From contig CM097883.1 in NCBI GenBank assembly GCA_044892505.1, positions 93,868,001 to 93,932,000 on the forward strand: a DNA stretch of 64,000 bases, read 5' to 3'. The position numbers were made by a program, and so were the translations under genes. Source of the DNA: Schmidtea nova (taxonomy: Eukaryota). This document shows, piece after piece, positions 56,158 through 64,000 of the stretch (position 1 is its first letter; every line of letters begins with the position of its first letter). Under the pieces are notes generated by a model that saw only the letters and a list, made by a program, of their open reading frames with translations, searched no databases and was not told the origin of the DNA.

Positions 56158-57087
56158 CAGATAGAATCATAATATGATGTCAGATTTTGGAGTTAATTAA
56201 ATCTTTGCTCGTTTTTTTTTGTGTTGTTGATTCCTAGGTATTTCTTTCGATTACATAATTCATATAATTAAATTTAAATTACACGTCACACAAACGAAAG
56301 GAGTAGCGATAAAGGATTTAAATATTATCAAATTTGTAGTTTCGTTTTGCTTATTTTTTTTTGTTTTTATGGTAAATACATAGCCTCACACGCACGAAAT
56401 AGAACAATAATTGCGTAAGTCCTTCTACGGCCGCGTGAACCCGTAAACATAAAGGGGGAGTAGTCCTAGCAATAGTGCTCACCTGCCCCTCATTGTTTAA
56501 CCACCCTGCGCATCACCAACTTGGTTATCAAGGGAAATAATCAAGGGCGCTCGAGTGTAGCTTACGATTATTTATGCATGATCATGGATGGGAGATCCCT
56601 GGCAATCATTAGAATGTTTACTACACCGTCCATGAACCCAGCAATTTACTAAATAATAATAATTTAAATGATAATATTTAAAAAAAATTACAATTATTTC
56701 CAATTGTTCTTTCATCTTGATTCGCCATGTTGTTGTTGGAAATATTTGTTCCTATAAAACAAAATAATAAAAAAAAAATTATAAATTTACTCATAATTCG
56801 AGATCCGTTAAAGATACCATTTTGAAAATTGTTGTACATATTTTTTTTTAATATTAGAAAATTTTAAGATTTGAAAATTTTTGTAAAAGTGAATAAAAAA
56901 TGAGAGTATAGACTATATAAAGGAGGTTTTATTAACCGTCCAATCAGAGACGAGATAACTACATGTTTATATATGTGTGCATCGTTTTCACACCGAGTAT
57001 GTATGTTAAAAATCACTCACCAAGTATGTCTTTGTAAAGTCTGCCTGATGCATGTTCGATGCAATATAATAAAGCCACTAAGTGACT

Positions 57088-57161
57088 GATTTACTTATGG
57101 GTGTACACGCGGATATGAAAATAACTCGATTTACTGATGGGTGTACACGCAGATGTGAAAA
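57088..57161. repeat. Two 40-bp-period direct repeats
   Basis: GATTTACT(T/G)ATGGGTGTACACGC(G/A)GAT(A/G)TGAAAA twice. Confidence 0.7.
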
Positions 57162-57282
57162 CACCCAAATAAATTTATATGTGAAATAATTGAGTGTCTG
57201 CATGTGTGTCTGCATGCAATTTCTTTATGATTATCGAAAAGTATGTAAATATTGCTAGTTGGATGTTAATTCTGCAAATTGG

Positions 57283-57422
57283 NNNNNNNNNNNNNNNNNN
57301 NNNNNNNNNNNNNNNNNNNNNNNNNNNNNNNNNNNNNNNNNNNNNNNNNNNNNNNNNNNNNNNNNNNNNNNNNNNNNNNNNNNNNNNNNNNNNNNNNNNN
57401 NNNNNNNNNNNNNNNNNNNNNN
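57283..57422. other. Assembly gap
   Basis: Run of N. Confidence 1.
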
Positions 57423-57536
57423 CGAACTTCGGGTATTAATTGTGTCTATCATTAAATAATTAATTAATTTAACAAAATTTCAAAAGTGTATTTTTACAAC
57501 AATTATTAAAACAACGTTAGGAGATTCCAATAAATA

Positions 57537-57818
57537 TGTAATTTTTCTTGACAGAATTTTCATACAGAACATTCATACAATACATTCAACATACGATTTT
57601 TAATTAATTTCAGCTATATTTTAATAAACCTATATATTTAATAAAAACTGTAATAATACTTTTTTATAGTACATTTTAAATTTAATTTTAAATATTCTAA
57701 TTATTAAAATCTTTACTGATAATCATTTTTATTTTAAACGAGATGTTTTCTTTGCAAAATACTTTTTTTATTAAAATAATTTTATAAAAATCTTTAGAGT
57801 ATTTTTAAACATCTTACA
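57537..57818 (-). repeat. Probable 3' LTR (~282 bp) of the second gypsy element
   Basis: The minus strand reads PPT AAAAAGAGGGGAA (57819-57833), then TGTAAG...TTACA. Confidence 0.55.
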
Positions 57819-57843
57819 TTCCCCTCTTTTTAAAAATCTTTAG

Positions 57844-60800
57844 TCATGCGATGTTTCGTAATACGTTCTTCCCATTTTGCATTTTTACTTCAAAACTTCT
57901 ATCATGTGTTTGATTAATAATTTCACCCGGACCTTCGTATCTATCGTCATCTTTCTTTCGAATATCCTTTTTTATTAGTACTATATCTCCTATATTAAAC
58001 CTTCTGATATTTGTATGGTTTTCTTTTAATCTTTTTGTTGGATCTACACCGCTCCATTCTAATATTATCTTTTTACCGGAAACCATCTCAGTCGGTGTTT
58101 TACTAATTGTTTTCTGATACGTCGAATTTAACATGAATTCCACCTCTGGGAGTACTTCTACCCAACTTTTATGTAATTTATCTTTTAAAGTTATGTGAAG
58201 TGCATCACGTATCGTCCTGAACTGACGTTCAATCTGTCCATTTGCAGCATGATGATATGGACTTGAAAAATTCATCCTTGATTTATATCTTTGACACAAT
58301 TCTTTTATCATGGAACTTTCAAAAGATTTGCCTCTGTCTGTATTGATTATTCTAGGTGCTCCATACTTTAATATCCATTGATTTAATATTGATGCTGTTG
58401 TTTATTCACCTTGAGAATTAGTGGCATGTAATGAAACATATTTGCTATATTGATCAATTATTGCTAATATATATTTCTTGTTGTATATATTGTTCCCGAA
58501 AGGTCCACAATAGTCTATAAAGATTGACTCAAATAATTAAACTTTCTCTAGGGTTTTTATATCTTCCTTAGTTCTCTCAGTAACAACTTTTCTCCTTTGA
58601 CAATTTTCATAGCTTTGAATTACCTCTTTTATTATATTCGACATATATTTCATTGCAAAGTTGTTTTCTATGTATTTAATTACTTTATTATATCCCGCAT
58701 GACATAATCTTTTGTGATAATTCAAAAATAAATTCTTCTCTTTTGTTTTCTGGCATCCATATTTTATCATTATCAGTTTTTACAATTCCATTTTCTGTGT
58801 AAAATTTGAAATTCCCGATTTTACTTATTTTACCATTTAGTATATCTGTTATCTCGATTGACTGGTTTTACCATACGTTTTCACTGACCTCGACCATCAT
58901 CGAAAGTATTCTCGTCTTAAGTTTCCCTATTTTTGGATCACCATGTATCATTTGGCATTGTATACATGTTGTAGATTCACTTCTTGACATGGCATCCGCA
59001 TTTGTGTGAATATCGCCCTTTCTGTACTGTAAATCGATATCCAGACTGCTTAAATAATTTATCCACGTTTGAAATTGTGGGGTTAATGGTTTCTTGGTTT
59101 TCATCATGAGCGTTATTGTTTTGTGATCTGTTCTTAATGTTTATCATATAAATAATGCTTAAAATGATTCGTAAAATAATAAATGGCAAGCAATTCTTTC
59201 CTCGTTATACAATATCCAATTTCATGTTTACTCATTGCATGTGAACCATGCGCTACTACTTTTTCTTTACCATTTTCTTGCTTTTGGGAGAGGACAGCTA
59301 CAATTATATCAAAACTTGCATCTGTATCCAATATAAATGTCTTTTGGAAATCTGGATATGCCAGTACGGCCGTTGTACTCAGTTTATCTTTTAAATTTTT
59401 AAAACTTTCTTCACAATCTTCTGTCCATATTAGTTTCTTTTGATTGCTTCCACAAAGACCTTCTAAGACTTTTGCATGTTTGGTATAATCGTGAATGAAT
59501 TTCCTGTAATAATTGGCTAGTCCCAAGAAACTTCTTAATTTTTTAAGCATTTCGGTCTATCAAATTCTTTTATTGCATTAATTTTATTAGGATCCGTTTG
59601 AATGCCTTCTTCATTTATTATATGCCCCACAAATTTAATTTCTTTTCTTTTAAAATAGCACTTTTCTGGGCTGATTTTTAATCCCGCTTTTTTAATCTTC
59701 AGAAATACTTTTTCTATCGATCTATAATGCTCATCTAATGTTTTTGAGAAAATCAGAATATCATCTAAGTATACTACCGCTTCTATCCAATTCAATTCTC
59801 CAAGTACTCTATTCATGAGTTTCTGAAATGTACCTGGTGCTGCTGCAATTCCGAAAGGCATTCTATTAAAACAATACTGCTTATTTTTAGTTGAAAATGC
59901 CGTTTTAATTTTAGACTCTTCTTCTAGTTCAACTTGACAATATGCATTTCCCAGATCGATTGTTGAAAAATACTTTGATCCATTCAAAACATCTAGTAAT
60001 TCATTCATGTTTGGCATTGGGAATACCGGTCTTTCTGCTACGTTATTTAGCGCTCTAAATTCTAAGCATATTCTAATATCATCTTTCCCTTTTTTCTTTA
60101 CACATACTAATGGTGTATTCCATGGTGATTCACATTCCTTGATAATGCCAAACCTTTCCATTTCTTTTATTTGTTCATCGATTTTATCCAGTAGATGAGC
60201 CGGTTGTCTTCTTGGATTGAGTGCTATAGGTTTGCTAGCAGTAATTATTTCGTGTTTCATTAAGTCAGTTTTCCCCACATCCCATTTGTGTTTCATAAAA
60301 ACATTGTCGTATTTGTTTATTAGGTTATTAATTGCCATATCTTCAACTTTCCTTTCAATAAATCCTTCTTCTATGAAATTCACCGATAATTTCGATAACT
60401 TTGTCTCACGAATCAGACTATCATTTATACAATCATCGATATTCAACCGGATACAAACTTCATCCAGAAAGTTCATTCCACCAATTAGTTGAGGTCTAAT
60501 TTCATCTGCTATATAAAATTGTATATCTTTACTTTCTTTTATTCCTTGAATTTTAATGTTTATCATAATAGTTCCAACAATATTAAGGGGACTGTCATTT
60601 GCACATTTTACTTTCATATTACTCTTTTTGACATTATTCATATAACATTTCTCAATCATATCGCGGTCTATGACGCTGATTTTTGCTCCTGTGTCAAGCA
60701 AACATCTTAAACATCTACCATTCATAGTAACATTAACGCTCGGTCTGCCTCCCATAGCATCATATCTGATAATTGAATCCCTGTCATTCATCAAACACAT

Positions 60801-61028
60801 ACTTGAATCAATTGTTAGTAATCTTTCTTCACTACTACTTCCACTTGCATCATAGTGGCTGTTAATTTCATTTATTAAACTTATACATTCGCTATTTTGA
60901 AAGTTATATTCAGATATACTATTTCTATTTAATTCACAAATATTATTTATATTAAAAAAATTATTATTTAAATATTTACTATTAAAATCACAAGAATCAA
61001 ACATACAATCACAATCATTCGCATACAT
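57844..61028 (-). pseudogene. pol: Degraded Ty3/gypsy pol (PR-RT-RH-IN)
   Basis: LLDTGAKISV, MPFGIAAAPGTFQ, YLDDIL, LDTDASF, YRKGDIHTNADAMSR, YHHAANGQIER and YEGP; broken by frameshifts and stops. Confidence 0.9.
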
Positions 61029-61188
61029 ACAGTTTCTGTCAAGAATATTACATACTTTTAGTCCTGTGCTTTTGTGCTCTCCTCCATCACAAAAGCTTTG
61101 GCATTTGGGGTCGGTATCTGGTCCTCGTAGTTGTCATCCACATAGTCTTCTTCCGTACCGGCAACCTGTCCTCTGGATCTGATGTTAT

Positions 61189-62094
61189 TCATTGCAAAAC
61201 ATTGATGTTTGAAAGGTCCTTGTTTATGGCAGTGTGTACATTGTACATTTGGACATTCGTGCCTTCTATGGCCCCATTCTCTGCATGCCCAGCACTGGTA
61301 TTTTCTCGGTTGGCCAGCTTCCTCATCTTTATATTGTTTTCTTTTCTGGTCGTTGCTATATCTGTTGTAGTTATATCCTTTATATTGATTATCTTATACC
61401 CGATTTCCTTGGCGTAAACCATTTGTCCTAGGGTAAAAACTTTGTTTATTACCCTCCCAGCGTTTAGATTCATGTCGAATGACGTTTTGATTTGAAAAAT
61501 ACTTCTTGCACCAGGCATTTTGTTTTCCATATTCTGAATTTTAACGGTATCAGCAAATGTTCTCCTTGAAATCACTGCAATTGGTCTGTAAGTTTCGTTT
61601 AACTCGTCTTTAATCTTTTCTAATTTCTCCATTCTCGCTTTTATTTCTCCGATAGGCTTTATGTCTTGGATTTTGAGATCGTATTTCATCTCCTTATCAT
61701 CCAATGTGTGGATCAGTAGAAACTTCATTAACGTATCTTTATCCATCTTATGTTTGAGGATACCATCTGTTAATTTTTCCAGCTTCCTCCCATAATCGTT
61801 AACTCAATCTCCTTTCGTATAATTCAGGGCTTCTTGTAGATCTTCGATTAACGTTGATGGTTTTGAAAACGCCCTAATAAGTTTTTCTTTATATACCATT
61901 TTTGATGTTATCTCATCATATAGTTCGATGGCTTTTCCGGATAAAAATGCTCTCACAAAGTTATTTCTTAATCTGCCTTCGATATTTAATATCTCGAAGA
62001 AACGTTCGATGTCTGCTATGAACTTGTGGATATCTTGGCCCATTTCAAACTGTTTCGGTTGTTCGACAAAATTTGCCAAAAGCGTGGTAGCCAT
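61189..62094 (-). pseudogene. gag: Degraded gag of the second gypsy element; 5' LTR absent
   Basis: Gag-like EQPKQFEMGQDIHKFIADIERFF; zinc knuckles CWACREWGHRRHEC and CTHC... in a shifted frame near 61200-61310. Confidence 0.7.
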
Positions 62095-62133
62095 GTTAGT
62101 ATCTTCTTTTCCCGAACTTAATATTTATATCCC

Positions 62134-62720
62134 ATGAAAAGAAGGTCGTACAGTACAAAAGAAAAGCTAGAAACACTCGAAATTTTAAGAAAAAACAACA
62201 ACAACATAGGCAAAACAGCGAGGGACTGTGGAATGACAAAAAAATGGTGCGGGATTGGAAAATGAAGGAGAATAAAATATGCGAAGTAAAATAAAATCAA
62301 CAACCTTTCGCATAGGATCCGGTAGAAAGGCGTTTTTTCCTGAGTTAGAAGAGAAGCTAAAGGTTTGGTTGGCCTTTGAGCGAAAAACAAATAAACGGCT
62401 AATTTCTTACAACACCCTGCGTGAGCAAGCAAAAAAAATTGCAGCTTCTTTATCATTAAATGATTTCATAGGAAGTAATTGCTGGATTGAGAACTTAATG
62501 AATAGAAATGAATTATCGGTCAGAAAAATCACTAGCGTTGGACAAGAAGACAATCGCTCAATTGATGAAACTAGGTCGGTTATCAATAACTATTTTGAAG
62601 TTTTAAAGTTAAAAGCAACAAATATTTCATCTATGAATATATATATAATATGGATGAAACACCGATGTATATTGACATGATGAACTCAAGAACAATATTA
62701 TTCAAAGGTGAGAAAAATAC
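62134..62720 (+). pseudogene. pogo/Tigger-like transposase 5' fragment
   Basis: MKRRSYSTKEKL Psq-type HTH; CENP-B-type HTH FPELEEKLKVW...LREQAKKIA...SNCWIENLMNR; first catalytic motif MDETPMY; then truncated. Confidence 0.8.
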
Positions 62721-64000
62721 CGATATTTTTGCAATTCTTCATACTGGAGTTGATACATCCTAAGTTTCGATAAATCTAAAAGTGATTTACCTATATAACT
62801 CGGTCTGTCTAAACACACAGAGTCTTTATTTAAAAGAACAGAAATCAAGTCATCATCTATCCTATAAGTTTTCCTGAAAGTTGGTTTCGATGAATAAGTA
62901 ATTAGTTTCGATGCAGAGTTGCATAGCCTTAAATTTAATCTTTTCTTAAGGTTTTCGACAGTTTTTCCGTAAAGACTGTTATTTAACAGCTTATAAAAAT
63001 CTTTATCTAAAACAAACGATGAAGCTGCCCTAAGTCGTGTATTCGTATCTATATAATCATTAAATATAGATTTCTGCTTATATTGAACAGCTCTATGAAT
63101 CTTTGTTATTTTAACTCCTAAAGAAAGAAATAGTTTTAAAAGTCTCCAATGAAGAACATAGTTGAACTTTGGATAATGTGTCAACATTAACTTTTCAACT
63201 TTAGACCCGGGAGCACATATTCTTTCTGCCGCTACTGGAAAGTCATTTAATTTATCATGAATTTCAACTGGGATTTCCAAGTCAACCTCAAATGTTACAC
63301 CGATTGTTAAAAGTTCTAAGTCGGCATCCATCAAATTAATTAATTTATTTAATTTATTCTCATCAGTGATCCATTTAAATTTACCACAAGGTAATTTTTG
63401 GCTTAAGGCCCAACCGTACAAATTATTAATGTCGATGTAGAGTAGTTCAGTCGTTTCGGAGGATACTACGTGATGTTTGTTGACAAATGTCTAACCACCA
63501 CGGATCCCCCCTTCGAAAAAATTATACATCTCCATATCCTGGAGCAACTCAATCGGTTCATCCATGGTAATAAGCGCAGAAGCCCACGACATACCTGGAA
63601 TACCCAAGAAATTCAAAGGTTCTAACCTATTATGAGAAATTGACTTGGCTCTAAACTGTTGAAAGAAGTCAGCAAGAAGAAAGACGTCAAGTTTTAAGTA
63701 TATCATCATGTAGTCACAAAGAGTTTGACAATTAGTTTCCCTCCAAATAACTAAAGCCTTATCGTATTCAGCCTGCTTCACACCCTCCCAGATTGGTGGT
63801 AATTCATATGTTTCATTCAAGACTTCCAACGATGTCGCAAAATTATAACGAAAAATACCCTTACAATTAACAATAGTACCAGTGAATTCTGATCGCGTTA
63901 AAGGTAAAGAAGTCAATGTTTTAACCGCATCATTTAAACTGGAGTTAATAAACTGACAAGAGTCAATGAATTTAATTGTTAAATCACCGACTCTTGCAGA
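62702..64000 (-). pseudogene. Second Polinton-type protein-primed DNA polymerase B fragment (runs off the window)
   Basis: KFIDSCQF, YLKLDVFLLADFFQQFR, GGIRGG*, YIDINNLYGWALSQKLP, KLLNNSLYGKT and PSYIG; clearly paralogous to 24234-26802. Confidence 0.88.

Larger units (their letters stand above)
27947..56643 (+). mobile_element. Giant Ty3/gypsy-type LTR retroelement with env and captured host-like genes (28,697 bp)
   Basis: Paired ~3.05-kb LTRs, 4-bp ATTT TSD (27943-27946, 56644-56647), PBS, Gag CCHC knuckles, PR-RT-RH-IN order. Confidence 0.97.
53592..56643 (+). repeat. 3' LTR (3,052 bp)
   Basis: Direct repeat of 27947-31000. By eye it differs by two 1-bp indels and one substitution. Confidence 0.97.

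Overview
Very AT-rich eukaryotic DNA made almost entirely of mobile elements. No host gene can be supported. The composition and element types would fit an invertebrate such as a flatworm, but the host cannot be determined from the sequence. The centrepiece is a nearly intact giant Ty3/gypsy-type LTR retroelement of 28,697 bp (27947-56643, + strand). It has ~3.05-kb near-identical LTRs (TGTTGGG...CCCAGCA), a 4-bp ATTT target-site duplication and a tRNA-Pro-type PBS. Its core is one reading frame of 17 kb (32535-49607) interrupted only by three TAA codons. The domain order is unusual: Gag - accessory domains (3 ubiquitin-like, AT-hook, Bcl-2-like) - chuvirus-like/gB-type envelope glycoprotein - Pol (PR-RT-RH-IN) - ankyrin repeats - duplicated membrane-anchored FN3-like cassettes. 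It also carries separate ORFs for an IAP-type RING protein, a complete intronless TRAF, two coiled-coil proteins and a small membrane protein, plus two ORFs inside each LTR. A 2.87-kb solo LTR of a sister family (11660-14528) retains a decayed homologue of one LTR ORF. The rest of the window holds two Tc1/IS630 DD34E transposases, a hAT element with TIRs and TSD, a MULE transposase-RING fusion, pogo fragments, two Polinton-type protein-primed PolB relics and further degraded Ty3/gypsy copies. All domain calls are by-eye motif recognition; no searches were run.
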